From contig OY769902.1 in NCBI GenBank assembly GCA_963669175.1, positions 2,720,001 through 2,784,000 of the forward strand: a DNA stretch of 64,000 nucleotides, read 5' to 3'. How positions within the stretch are numbered: position 1 is the first letter of the stretch; each line of letters opens with the position of its first letter. Of this stretch, positions 11,047 through 21,542 are shown one piece after another. The position numbers and the translations under genes were made by a program. The notes below the pieces were generated by a model. The model did not search any database. It was given only the letters and a program-made list of their open reading frames with translations, and was not told the DNA's origin. This DNA comes from a bacterium. GTDB lineage: Bacteria > Electryoneota > Electryoneia > Electryoneales > Electryoneaceae.

Positions 11047-14000
11047 ATGATGATGCTACAGTTGCGGCAACACTTTTCGATTCGTTCAACCAGCACAAGA
11101 CCACTCCCTCTATTTGTTTTTCTTGTACTTGCCATGTTGTTTGTACTGCCTTTGGGAGCATTCGGCCAATATTTCGGTCAGAACAAAGTCAACTATAATA
11201 TGCACGAATGGTACTATCTAAGGACTGAACATTTCGATATTTACCACCCGAAAGACGAGTATGAACTGGCCAAGTTCACTGCATGGACGGCTGAACGCTC
11301 GCTTCAGGATATTCAGGAATCCTTTAACTGGCAACTGACATCACGGGTAATATTCATTGTTTACCCGAATCATAACGAGTTTCAGCAGACAAACGTAGGC
11401 GGCTTTATCGGTGAATCCACAGGTGGTTTTACCGAGTTTATGAAGAATCGCGTCGTTATTCCATTTGAAGGGAATTACGAGAAGTTCCGGCATGTGATCC
11501 ACCATGAGTTGACTCATGCTGTCATGCTGCGAATGTTGTATGGAGAAGGTTTGCAGAGCATCATCACCGGCATCAGCCGGATGCCGATCCCGTTATGGTT
11601 CATTGAAGGTCTGGCTGAATATGAATCAAACTATGGCTGGGATACAGAATCAGACATGTATATACGTGATGCCATCATCAATGATTACCTGATGCCGATT
11701 GAACATTTGCAAGGGTATTTCATTTATAAGGGCGGACAATCTGTATTGTGGTATATCGCACAACGATATGGCGACGAGAAAATTGGAGAGCTTCTGCATA
11801 AAATTCGTTCAAGCCGTGATCCACTCCGAGCATTCAAGAATACACTCGGGGTTGATTTGGAGGAATTGAGCAAACGCTGGCAACGTCATCTGAAACGCGA
11901 AATCTGGCCGACATCTGCCGAATATGAAAATCCGGATGATTTTGCCGAACGTATAACAGATCACGAAGAATGGTACAATTTTGTGAATACGTCACCGGCT
12001 TTATCACCCAAGGGTGACAAACTGGTATTTCTCTCCGACAAGGATGATTATTACAGTATTTACCTGATGTCAACGGTGACAGGTAACATTGAGCGCAGGC
12101 TGGTTCGTGGTTCAAAGTTTGACCTGTTTGAAAAGCTGTTATGGATACGTCCCTGGATTGACTGGTCGCCGGATGGACGTCAAATCGTATTTGTTGCGGA
12201 ATCCGGCGCAGAAGATGCACTCTATACAATAAACGTAAAATCCGGGAAGGTGACTGAAGAAATCAAACTGGGCATGGATGGAGTGTATAGTCCGAAATGG
12301 TCACCGGATGGAAAGAAGATTCTCTTTGCCGGGTTTACCGGTGGTCAGAGTGATATCTATACCTACGATCTGACCGACGGCACCACGACGCAATTAACCG
12401 ATGATATTTTCAGTGATTTTGATCCGGCCTGGTCGATGGATGGACAAAAAGTGTTGTTCATTTCAGATCGTCTTGAATTTGTGACTCAGCCTGAAGACGG
12501 TTTTGAGATGTATAACCATGCCTATCATTACAGCAATGTGTACATGCTTGATGCTAAAAGCGGTGTAGTTGAACGTATCACTGAAGGCTTTTTCAATGAC
12601 CGTACACCGTCGTTCACCCCTGCGCAGGATACCATCAGTTTCGTATCGGACCGGAACGGTATTCAGAATCTGTATTTGATGGACCTGAACACACGCGAAT
12701 ACTGGGCTGTGAGTGATATTCTTACCGGCATCACGCAACCAAGCTGGTCACGGGAGGGGACAGTTGCGTTTTCCTGTTTCTTCAATGCCGGCTATGATGT
12801 ATACCTGTACAAGAATCCGTTTGCTCCTGAAAGACGCAAAGATCTGAAGCCGACGGCCTACATGCACATGATGGCAGATCGTTATCAGGAACGTACTGGT
12901 GATTCCCTGCGAGCAGATGTGTCCATGTCATTCCCGCTAGAATGGCTGCAAGTCGATCCTGCATTTCAGGGTGGTGATCCCAGTGTTGCCGATTCCATTG
13001 AAAACATCACGACTTTAAAAGTTCCGGTAGAATATTTCGATATTCTGGGACAAGTAGCAGGTGACAGTATAACCGTAGAAAACGATGACGATTCTACCAC
13101 CATCATCATCAAACGTCCAGAAAGAGTTGATCTGGAGAATGGCGTATTGGCCCTGAAGGATACGCTGGATGCTGATGTTATTCAGCGATTGGAAACCACG
13201 ACCAGATACATAGTGACTGAAATTGATACTGCCACAGTATCTTTGAACGATCATGATTCCACGGACACCGGTGAAGAAATTACGGAGAATCGTGGCGCTG
13301 GCGGGGTGAGACTGGTGCCGGATAATCGTCCTGGTGAAGTGAAAGCCATGGAAAGTTCACCGTTTACACATTATGTCTTCCGTCCCTACTACGATGATAA
13401 TAATGATGAGCCCGTTGACAGCCTGCAAGAGAAGGAAGAAGAAACCGGGCCCATGATGACGGAAGATGGAGAATTTGTTCAGAATAAATATAAACTCAAA
13501 TTCTCCCCCGATGTTGTCAATGCGACTGCCGGTTATGATACATACTTCGGTTTGCAGGGGATGGGGCAGATCATGTTCAGTGACGTGCTGGGCAACCACA
13601 TCATGTACCTTGTAACTGACATGTATTACAGCTTCGAGAATTCCAACTTTGCTTTCTACTACTATTACCTGCCAAACCGTTGGGATATCGGCGGCGGTGT
13701 TTTCCACAATGTCTATTTCTTCAACTATGGGGATATTCGCGACCGGAACTATGGTTTCTCCCTTGATGCGATCTATCCTTTTGATAAATATAGACGTGTC
13801 GATTTCTCCATGTCGTATGTCAACATTGAACGCGATTTGTGGAACTGGGATCTTTACGACTACGAGCATACACAATCCCAGCATTTTATCCTTCCATCGA
13901 TTGCCTATGTTTCAGATAATACCCTGTGGGGGTGGACCGGTCCGATGAACGGGCATCGTTATCGAGTCGGTTTCTCCTATAGTCCGAAACTGGCTGAGGA

Positions 14001-14616
14001 TACCAAGTGGGGACTGGATTTTAAAACGATTTCCTTTGATGCACGAAAATACTGGCACCTTGGCCTGGATTACGTTCTCACGACACGCATAGCCGGCGCT
14101 GCAAGCTACGGCCAGAATCCGCAACGGTTCTTCCTTGGTGGTGTGCCGAACTGGATCAACCGTCGGTTTGAGGGGGGGGATATCCGGGTAGACCTGAATG
14201 ATGTCTATTTCTCGTCATTCGCAACCCCACTCAGAGGCGCTGATTATTATGAAAAGGATGGGAACCGTTACCTGTTGCTTAACCAGGAATTCCGCTTCCC
14301 GCTTATTCGGCAAATGCTGTTTGGTTGGCCACTTCCATTATTCTTCTACAACATTCGAGGCGCGGTTTTCTTTGACGCCGGAGCGGCATGGTATGGCCCC
14401 GGCTCGGCGCCCGATGGACAACCGGAAGGGTTCAAGATGTTCCACAAACCTTATCCCTATCAAGGTGATTATTTCCGGGATGTTGCCGTAGGGTATGGTT
14501 GGGGGGCACGTGTCGATCTTGGGATATTCCTGCTAAAGTGGGATATGGCTTGGGAAAATACCTGGCATTCAGTATCGAAACCCAAGTTCTACGTTTCCCT
14601 GGGAACAGACCTGTAA
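11047..14616 (+). CDS. Peptidase MA-like domain + PD40/TolB beta-propeller + Omp85 barrel protein
   Basis: FGQNKVNY, HELTH (HExxH), WFIEGLAEY, repeated WSPDG, PLRG, aromatic C-terminal strand FYVSLGTDL. Confidence 0.85.
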   Translation: MMMLQLRQHFSIRSTSTRPLPLFVFLVLAMLFVLPLGAFGQYFGQNKVNYNMHEWYYLRTEHFDIYHPKDEYELAKFTAWTAERSLQDIQESFNWQLTSRVIFIVYPNHNEFQQTNVGGFIGESTGGFTEFMKNRVVIPFEGNYEKFRHVIHHELTHAVMLRMLYGEGLQSIITGISRMPIPLWFIEGLAEYESNYGWDTESDMYIRDAIINDYLMPIEHLQGYFIYKGGQSVLWYIAQRYGDEKIGELLHKIRSSRDPLRAFKNTLGVDLEELSKRWQRHLKREIWPTSAEYENPDDFAERITDHEEWYNFVNTSPALSPKGDKLVFLSDKDDYYSIYLMSTVTGNIERRLVRGSKFDLFEKLLWIRPWIDWSPDGRQIVFVAESGAEDALYTINVKSGKVTEEIKLGMDGVYSPKWSPDGKKILFAGFTGGQSDIYTYDLTDGTTTQLTDDIFSDFDPAWSMDGQKVLFISDRLEFVTQPEDGFEMYNHAYHYSNVYMLDAKSGVVERITEGFFNDRTPSFTPAQDTISFVSDRNGIQNLYLMDLNTREYWAVSDILTGITQPSWSREGTVAFSCFFNAGYDVYLYKNPFAPERRKDLKPTAYMHMMADRYQERTGDSLRADVSMSFPLEWLQVDPAFQGGDPSVADSIENITTLKVPVEYFDILGQVAGDSITVENDDDSTTIIIKRPERVDLENGVLALKDTLDADVIQRLETTTRYIVTEIDTATVSLNDHDSTDTGEEITENRGAGGVRLVPDNRPGEVKAMESSPFTHYVFRPYYDDNNDEPVDSLQEKEEETGPMMTEDGEFVQNKYKLKFSPDVVNATAGYDTYFGLQGMGQIMFSDVLGNHIMYLVTDMYYSFENSNFAFYYYYLPNRWDIGGGVFHNVYFFNYGDIRDRNYGFSLDAIYPFDKYRRVDFSMSYVNIERDLWNWDLYDYEHTQSQHFILPSIAYVSDNTLWGWTGPMNGHRYRVGFSYSPKLAEDTKWGLDFKTISFDARKYWHLGLDYVLTTRIAGAASYGQNPQRFFLGGVPNWINRRFEGGDIRVDLNDVYFSSFATPLRGADYYEKDGNRYLLLNQEFRFPLIRQMLFGWPLPLFFYNIRGAVFFDAGAAWYGPGSAPDGQPEGFKMFHKPYPYQGDYFRDVAVGYGWGARVDLGIFLLKWDMAWENTWHSVSKPKFYVSLGTDL

Positions 14617-14640
14617 AAACTGAATTCGAGCATGCAATGC

Positions 14641-14670
14641 GGCCGATTCATGTGAGAATCGGCCTTTTTT
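14641..14670 (+). terminator. Intrinsic terminator
   Basis: GGCCGATTC-atgtga-GAATCGGCC followed by T6. Confidence 0.85.
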
Positions 14671-14733
14671 ATCTCTTCGTCTACAATTGTACAATGAATG
14701 TCTTCCATATCTCCTGTCATACTTGTATTTTTA

Positions 14734-14751
14734 ATGTAAAATCTTTCACAA
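14734..14751. promoter_or_regulatory. Candidate Rex operator
   Basis: ATGTAAAATCTTTCACAA, 2 mismatches to TTGTGAAN4TTCACAA, ~75 bp upstream of 14828. Confidence 0.4.
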
Positions 14752-14827
14752 GCTTGCACCAAATAAAATTTAAGTGTACACTAATGGATCAGGGAAGTGG
14801 ACAACCTATTCAACAAGGAGATAGACC

Positions 14828-16573
14828 ATGAAGATGGGAAAGTGGTTAACACTTTTGTTGGCATTTTTGATGCTTTTTACACTGGGCACATTCGTCGGGT
14901 GTGAGGATTCGGAAGATGACGATGATGACGATGGCAGCAATTCAGTCCTGGTTGGCTCCTGGTATCGTTATTCGTTTATGGCAGGATCCACAAATGTCTT
15001 TTTTCAAGCCAAGACAGTAATTAATTCCAATGGCTCAGGAACTACATATACTTATGATCTTGTAGATGGTGACGTCATACCATCTACTGATTATTTCACA
15101 TGGACGGACAATGATAATGTAATGACCATCTATAATGAGGACGGGGATGTTGAATTCTCCGGCAGCTTTACTTCCACTTCAGGCGGCACGGTCATTACGA
15201 CTACGTATCAGGAAGATGGCATTTCCATGGCTGAAACGTCTGTTCGGGAATGTACTGGTCATGAAGCGGGAATGGTCGGAACCTGGCAGGGAGTGACGTA
15301 CACCCTCAACGGACAGGCAGAGTCGATTGCCAACTGGGAATTCACGTTTAACGAGGATGGCACCTACACATTTACAGGATGGGGCGAAACGGATGCTGGC
15401 GAGTGGGCAACCGATGGCGCCTATTTCCTGGGTGTAAGCGATGATGATCCGATGGGACGTGGCTATGGGCTTTACCAGTACACCCTTTCCAATAATGATA
15501 GCACAGTAACCCTGACAGGATATGAGGGTGAGATAGATGAAGATTCCGGCTATCCCGAATCCTATGCTGTTCAACTTGTTTTTACAAAGGGAACCGGCGG
15601 TGGTGTTGTCGTGGATACGGATCTGGTCGGAACCTGGCATACATACTCATATGATCTGTATGATGGAAGCACGAACACGCGCCTTAACATACCCACAAAG
15701 GAAGTCCTTAGTGATGATGGCACGGGTGTTCGCGTGACTATTGATGACGGGAATCTGGAAACTGAGAATTTCACCTGGACCGCGAATAATAATTCCATTA
15801 CGGTTTATGATTCAGATGGGAATGTAGAATTCTCCGGCACTTACCAGATCAGTAACAACGTCGTTACAACTTCCTTTGAAGATGAGTGGACAGACGGTGA
15901 AACGTACACGATTACCGTTACGAGTGTTAAGGAAACTGGTGATATCGACGTAAATGTACCGGGTGATTATGTACCGAGCACCTACAAAATCGATGATGTG
16001 CTATACTACTATGAAGAATACGTTGTGTTTAATGATGACGGGACCGGTTCTTCGACCTATATCGATGGTGATACCGGCGTTAGTCAGGATGTGACCTGGT
16101 CCACCAACGGTTTGTACATGATTCTGTATACGGAAGACCTGCAAGGTTTGGCGTATGTGCTTCAATACGACTGGTATACGGATGGCTTGCTGGACATTAA
16201 CTACTATTATGAGGATGCACGGGTAACGTCGCAGTACGTTGAGAACACTGGCGAACTCGATACTAGACTGGTAGGATCATGGTATCTTACAGCTCGCACG
16301 ATCAATAATGAGGATGATCCGGATATGCCGGATGATGCAACTTTTATACTGGATGCAGATGGAAATGCAACCGGTGAATGGGATGGCGAAACCTACGCCT
16401 TCACCATGACGACCAACGAAGGCTGGATGCTGCAGTTCCCAACCGAGTATGATGTGACTGTTGGTACAGCATACAGCTATACCGTCAGTGGGGACGCCTT
16501 GGTCGTGCACTACAGAGAAGAAGACGGCGCTGATGGATCGTATATTGTCGAAAGTTGGGCCAGGCTGCAATAG
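14828..16573 (+). CDS. Acidic lipoprotein with repeated lipocalin-like modules
   Basis: AAGGAG RBS, lipobox FVGC, recurring LVG(S/T)W and DG(T/S)G...FTW modules of ~100 aa. Confidence 0.8.
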   Translation: MKMGKWLTLLLAFLMLFTLGTFVGCEDSEDDDDDDGSNSVLVGSWYRYSFMAGSTNVFFQAKTVINSNGSGTTYTYDLVDGDVIPSTDYFTWTDNDNVMTIYNEDGDVEFSGSFTSTSGGTVITTTYQEDGISMAETSVRECTGHEAGMVGTWQGVTYTLNGQAESIANWEFTFNEDGTYTFTGWGETDAGEWATDGAYFLGVSDDDPMGRGYGLYQYTLSNNDSTVTLTGYEGEIDEDSGYPESYAVQLVFTKGTGGGVVVDTDLVGTWHTYSYDLYDGSTNTRLNIPTKEVLSDDGTGVRVTIDDGNLETENFTWTANNNSITVYDSDGNVEFSGTYQISNNVVTTSFEDEWTDGETYTITVTSVKETGDIDVNVPGDYVPSTYKIDDVLYYYEEYVVFNDDGTGSSTYIDGDTGVSQDVTWSTNGLYMILYTEDLQGLAYVLQYDWYTDGLLDINYYYEDARVTSQYVENTGELDTRLVGSWYLTARTINNEDDPDMPDDATFILDADGNATGEWDGETYAFTMTTNEGWMLQFPTEYDVTVGTAYSYTVSGDALVVHYREEDGADGSYIVESWARLQ

Positions 16574-16594
16574 CAGGAATATCGTCAACATTTC

Positions 16595-16627
16595 AACCGG
16601 ATCTCGGCAACGGGATCCGGTTTTTTC
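16595..16627 (+). terminator. Intrinsic terminator
   Basis: AACCGGATCTCG-gcaa-CGGGATCCGGTT followed by T run. Confidence 0.85.
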
Positions 16628-16895
16628 ATGAGTCCGGACCTGTTCATTTTTATACAGTTGTAAGAAATGGACCGATAGAAGAATTGAGCCGGATTAGAAT
16701 GGGCATCAGCACAACGACGTATCGAGTAGATAAACTCGATATGCTTTTTACTGGCTGCTTCCGATATTGTGCAGCACGGTCTCCATTTACGGAATGATGA
16801 TTATACAGTATTGTTTCTGTAGCAATTGTGTTGCAATCGGGGTAAGATAGCGGTAAAATATACTACATTACGTGAGACTAGTCAGGGAAATAGAC

Positions 16896-18626
16896 ATGAA
16901 GACGACGTGTTTCGCAGGACTGCTGGCGCTGTTAATGATATTCGCAATGTGTGCATTCATCGGATGCGATAATTCAGAGCAAAAGGAAGAAAACGCTTCC
17001 ATTTTGATTGGCACCTGGTATCGTTATTCGCTGAAGGCAGGACCGACCGACCTTTTTGTACCTTCCAAAGTTGTGATGCATGTAGATGGAACCGGCATCA
17101 ATTACACAACAGAAGTACAGGACGGGTTGCCTGTTGACGCTACCAACGAATTTACCTGGGCAGATGATAATGGTACCATGAGTATCTATGGGACCAATGG
17201 AGAACTGCAATATTCTGGCCCCTATTCTTTAAACGAGGATAGTACTTTAATTACAACAATTTATGAGGTAGACAGTTTGGATGTAACGGAAGTGTCCGTA
17301 AAATACTATATCGAGCATGATGAGGCATTGGTGGGGGACTGGTACGGTCTTTCCATTTCACGTGATGGGCAGGAAAATCCAATTCATGGTTGGGAATTTT
17401 CTTTTTCCATCGGCGGTAGCTACTCCTTTGCCGGATGGGGAACTGAGGATACCGGTATATGGGGAACCAATGGTACCCATTTCATGACGATAAGCAACTC
17501 AGATATCAAGGGACGGGATTACTGTCTGTATCGCTATTATCTATCCAACCATGACAGCCTTCTGACGTTTTACGGGTTTGAAGCGGATTGGGATACCGAT
17601 AGCGAAGATCCGACTGTTTACCAGGTGGCGATGGTTTTAACCAAGGGAGCGGGCACGGAGATTGAAATTGATCCGAACCTGGTAGGCGTCTGGTATACGT
17701 TGCATTATGACCTGTTTGACGGTAACACTACAAAGAGATTAAATATCCCAACCAGGCAGATGATGTACAATGATGGCACCGGGATTCGGGAATATTATGA
17801 AGGAGGGACTCTGATTTCGGAAATGTTTGCCTGGGAAGCAGCCAACAACGCCTTGACAGAATATGATACCGATGGACAGATCAGTTATTCTGCGCCGTAT
17901 TACATTGTCGATAATTCGTTTTCCCTGACTTATAATCGGGAGTGGATGGATGGTGAAGACTACACCATGACAATTCTGAGTATTCGAGAATCTGAAGAGA
18001 CTGATGCTTCGCTTGCCGGAGAGTATCTACCGCTTGCTAAAACAGTCAATGGAGTTATTATAGACAGCCAGGAAATAACCCTTATTCATGAGGATGGATC
18101 CGGTTCTTCCGCAAGATTGGAAGGTGGCGCAGTAACAACCGAAGAGTTTACCTGGACCACTGGTGGGGACTATCTGTTCCTGTACAGGGAAGAGATGAAC
18201 GGTCTTGCATGCGTTATGGGATATAATTTTGACGATACTGATGTACTCGACTTCTTCTATTATGATGATATTGATCATATAAACCTGCGCTATATCAGGA
18301 ATACAGGATCATTTGATTCCAGCCTTATCGGTGAATGGAGCCTGACTAACCGGTTGTTGAATGGCGATGAAGATCCTGACGTGCCTGATAGTGCAACACT
18401 TTCTATTTATGGAGACGCAACCGGTTCAAAACTTTGGGGCAGTGCAGAAACTGCATTTTCCCTGAATACGAATTTGCACTGGTTGCTTCAATACGTTGAA
18501 ATCGATGGTGTTCTTGTGGGCAGAGTTTGCGATTACACGGTGAATGAGAACATCCTGGTTCTGGATTATCTGCAGGAAGATGGTACGGCCGGTACAGAAG
18601 TGAGTGAGACTTGGACCAGGCAGTGA
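16896..18626 (+). CDS. Paralogue of the preceding repeat lipoprotein
   Basis: Lipobox FIGC; colinear with 14828 protein (GTWYRYS, RLNIPT, DEDPDVPD, ETWTRQ). Confidence 0.8.
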   Translation: MKTTCFAGLLALLMIFAMCAFIGCDNSEQKEENASILIGTWYRYSLKAGPTDLFVPSKVVMHVDGTGINYTTEVQDGLPVDATNEFTWADDNGTMSIYGTNGELQYSGPYSLNEDSTLITTIYEVDSLDVTEVSVKYYIEHDEALVGDWYGLSISRDGQENPIHGWEFSFSIGGSYSFAGWGTEDTGIWGTNGTHFMTISNSDIKGRDYCLYRYYLSNHDSLLTFYGFEADWDTDSEDPTVYQVAMVLTKGAGTEIEIDPNLVGVWYTLHYDLFDGNTTKRLNIPTRQMMYNDGTGIREYYEGGTLISEMFAWEAANNALTEYDTDGQISYSAPYYIVDNSFSLTYNREWMDGEDYTMTILSIRESEETDASLAGEYLPLAKTVNGVIIDSQEITLIHEDGSGSSARLEGGAVTTEEFTWTTGGDYLFLYREEMNGLACVMGYNFDDTDVLDFFYYDDIDHINLRYIRNTGSFDSSLIGEWSLTNRLLNGDEDPDVPDSATLSIYGDATGSKLWGSAETAFSLNTNLHWLLQYVEIDGVLVGRVCDYTVNENILVLDYLQEDGTAGTEVSETWTRQ

Positions 18627-18655
18627 CAGATTTTTAAGTCAGGTGTCTGCATTTT

Positions 18656-18904
18656 AATCCCGACAGGGATTTTCGAACACAGCACTGGGTCGTGCCGTCT
18701 TTTTGGCGACTACCTTGGGGGATGAGTCACGCCACATATTTACTCCGGTAGGAGTAACCTGACTATTATTAAGGGTATAAAGCACGAGTGTTTAGGCAAC
18801 CCGCTGCCGGGGTTGTGTAACGGGAGGGCGTTCAATTCCCACCGTGAGCGCCAAACAGACGGCGCTGGACGGTGGGCTAAAACAGGGAACCACTACCGTG
18901 GTTC
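18656..18904. repeat. Inverted doublet of three-hairpin REP-like elements (AAACAGAC-loop family)
   Basis: + copy 18796-18904: CAACCC..GGGTTG, CCCACCGT.AGCGCC-AAACAGAC-GGCGCT..ACGGTGGG, CTAAAACAGG, GAACCAC..GTGGTTC. Degenerate - copy 18656-18757 with loop AAAAAGAC. Confidence 0.75.
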
Positions 18905-19020
18905 TCCGATTTCGGCAATTTCTGCCCTTGTGATGATGTTGCTGATACTCCCTCGCCAAACGATTCTGGCACTTTTCAGCTCACTTCAGATCGAAACATC
19001 CTTTCCAACCATCGAAGACG

Positions 19021-19048
19021 AAAAAAGGGGACAACCGAAGTTGTCCCC
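19021..19048 (-). terminator. Intrinsic terminator of citrate synthase
   Basis: A6 then GGGGACAAC-cgaa-GTTGTCCCC. Confidence 0.85.
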
Positions 19049-19073
19049 CTGGAAGAAGCTGTTACTTTGTGTC

Positions 19074-20378
19074 TTACTTGCCGAAGGTATCCTTGATATA
19101 CTTGGAGCCAATGGATTTCGGACGGGTAATGGCTGTGCCGACGGCACGGTTCCAGATGAGCTGGGACAACATACCCATGGAACGGGACACGCTGAACAGC
19201 ACCGTGTAATACTGGAACTCACGCAAGCCGTAGTGATACAGCAGCGCGCCGGAACCGGCATCCACGTTCGGCCAGAAGTTCGCGATCGGGTTCTTGCCCT
19301 CGGCGACGCGTTCTGCGCTGAAGGCCTCGAGGACTTTCGGGACCACGGTGAAGACACGGTCGACAGTCATGAAGACCGGATCGTCAGCCATCATCTTCTT
19401 ACCGAAGATGTTGAAGCCGGTGAAGCGCGGGTCAGTGACACGCAGTACGGCGTGACCGTAACCCGGGACTACCTTGCCGCCACGCAGGGTGTCGAACGCG
19501 AACTTTTCGATGTCTTCTTCTGTCGGGGTGCCGCCGAAGATGTCCATCAGTTCGAGAATCCAGTTCAGGCATTCCTGGTTGGCGAGGCCGTGCAACGGAC
19601 CGGCAAGACCGTTCAGACCGGCAGATACGGAATAATAGGGATCGGACAGGGCCGAGCCTACGGTATGGCAAGTGTTGGCGCTTACATTGCCACCTTCATG
19701 GTCGCAGTGGAAGTGCAGGTACAGACGCATCAGTTCCGCAAAGCCACCATCGGGATCCTTGAGGCCCAGCATGTTGGCGTAGTTGGCGCCCCAGTCGAGA
19801 CCCGGGGTCCAGGGAATGATGTCACCCTTCTTGTAGCGGATACGATAGACACCGGCTGCAATGGACGGCAACTTGGCCAGAATCTGGAGTGAATCTTCAA
19901 GGGTCGGCTTCCAATACTCGGTCTTGGCAGCGCCCTTGTTGTACCATTCCACAAATGCAGATTCTTTCTGCATGACGAGAATGGCGGTGTCAAGCATGGC
20001 CATCGGGTGGCTGTCTTCCGGCATGGCATACAGCACATCCCAGACATAACCCGGCACTTCGGCACGCTTGTCGTATTCCCGCATCAGGTCGAGCTTCGCT
20101 GCTTCATCCGGCTTTTCACCGGTCAGCAACAGGTAAAATGTTTCTTCAGGCCATAAATCCATAATGTCCAGCAGGGGATAGCCCTGAATAATCAATCCCT
20201 TGTCAGGTTCCACCAGGCTGGTTTCACAAATCATGCCTTTTACACCACGCATGCCGCCATAAGCTTGTGCTACGGTGCAATCAGACAATTTTTCCGATCC
20301 ATAGTTCTTGATCATGTCGGCACGATTCTGACGCCACTGGGGGATGAGCTCTTCTAACTTACTGTACAGCTTGGACAT
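19074..20378 (-). CDS. gltA: Citrate (Si)-synthase, eukaryote-like type
   Basis: AYGGMRG, SHPM, DHEGGNVSA, LAGPLHGLANQE, VPGYGHAVLR.TDPR, WPNVDA.SG, RPKS. Confidence 0.95.
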   Translation of the reverse strand: MSKLYSKLEELIPQWRQNRADMIKNYGSEKLSDCTVAQAYGGMRGVKGMICETSLVEPDKGLIIQGYPLLDIMDLWPEETFYLLLTGEKPDEAAKLDLMREYDKRAEVPGYVWDVLYAMPEDSHPMAMLDTAILVMQKESAFVEWYNKGAAKTEYWKPTLEDSLQILAKLPSIAAGVYRIRYKKGDIIPWTPGLDWGANYANMLGLKDPDGGFAELMRLYLHFHCDHEGGNVSANTCHTVGSALSDPYYSVSAGLNGLAGPLHGLANQECLNWILELMDIFGGTPTEEDIEKFAFDTLRGGKVVPGYGHAVLRVTDPRFTGFNIFGKKMMADDPVFMTVDRVFTVVPKVLEAFSAERVAEGKNPIANFWPNVDAGSGALLYHYGLREFQYYTVLFSVSRSMGMLSQLIWNRAVGTAITRPKSIGSKYIKDTFGK

Positions 20379-20605
20379 GTTGTCCTCCCATGTTGTAAGG
20401 GATCCCGTTTTGGTATAAGACTACAACTACCCGTTTGCATCATATCGATAACCGCCAAAAAGACGGAGTATCGTGTATATCAAGTATTACCGATTATGTT
20501 CAACCTGTGTGTGGAACAGCGGTCCTCCTGAAGTTATGCCGGTAGCCAGTGCACGGGACCGTACCGCCCGCGCGGAAAGCTGCTGTGTGGGATTACACAA
20601 GCGAC

Positions 20606-20623
20606 TCGTAAAATATTTCACAT
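20606..20623. promoter_or_regulatory. Candidate Rex operator in the gltA/recR divergent region
   Basis: TCGTAAAATATTTCACAT, 3 mismatches to the Rex consensus. Confidence 0.35.
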
Positions 20624-20933
20624 ACCAGTCAGAGTCAAGTTCACCCTCCTCGCTGAGAAAATCAAGGAAAAGTGTGCTACTGATTGATATTTTTGATGAT
20701 AGGAATTTTACCAAATCGTGAATCTCATTTTTTTATTGAGAAAACAATCCCCGGGAGAAACGAGCCAGTTAGTGGATGTGAAAAAAAACATGCCTTTTCT
20801 ATTCCTGTCGCAGCCTGTTTCATGGGAAAGAATAGCACGGCTATTTTGCTACAGCCCGCTTTACTGTGTACCTTATATTTTCTGGTTGTTCGAACGTATC
20901 CCTGATGAGCACACGTCTACAAGGAAGCATACC

Positions 20934-21542
20934 ATGTCCGCAGGATTACCCCCAGCAGTAGTTGAATTGCAGAATGAACTGTCACGGTTGCCGTCAATCG
21001 GGAAAAAGTCGGCGCTGAGAATGGCTTTGCACCTGTTGAAGTCAGACAGAGAAGCAGCGGAACGTCTGGCACGCGCAATCATCGACGTCAAAGATAAAGT
21101 GCAGGTCTGCTCAATCTGCGGGTTCCTGTCTGATCGTGATCCCTGCCCGATTTGCACCGATGTTAAACGGGACAGTTCCCTTGTCTGTGTTGTGGAAGCG
21201 CCGGGGGATATCATCGCGCTTGAGAAAGGGTCCATTTTCCATGGCAAATACCATGTCCTGGGGGGAGCGCTGGCCCCGCTGGATGGGGTCGGCCCGGATG
21301 ACCTGCGTATCGAAGAATTGAAAGAACGTGTGGAGCAGGAAGGAATCACCGAAGCGATCATCGCCACCAATCCCACCCCGGAAGGTGAACAGACCGCGAT
21401 GTACCTGGCACGTGAGCTTCGTCCGATGGGAGTGAAGGTGTCACGTATCGCGCGTGGTATCCCGGTTGGCAGTGATCTGGAAAACGCTGATGACCTGACG
21501 CTGACTCGAGCCCTGGAGGGACGAATTCAATTTGATGATTGA
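20934..21542 (+). CDS. recR: Recombination mediator RecR
   Basis: LPSIGKKSALR, C4 zinc finger CSIC...CPIC, YHVLGG, ATNPTPEGE.TA, RIARGIPVG. ATG 20934 behind AAGGA. Confidence 0.97.
   Translation: MSAGLPPAVVELQNELSRLPSIGKKSALRMALHLLKSDREAAERLARAIIDVKDKVQVCSICGFLSDRDPCPICTDVKRDSSLVCVVEAPGDIIALEKGSIFHGKYHVLGGALAPLDGVGPDDLRIEELKERVEQEGITEAIIATNPTPEGEQTAMYLARELRPMGVKVSRIARGIPVGSDLENADDLTLTRALEGRIQFDD

Noticed and set aside
18822-18853. tRNA-like 3' end GTTCAATTCCC...CGCCA
   Set aside because: T-stem does not pair and no D or anticodon arms are present; the sequence is explained by the REP-like element.
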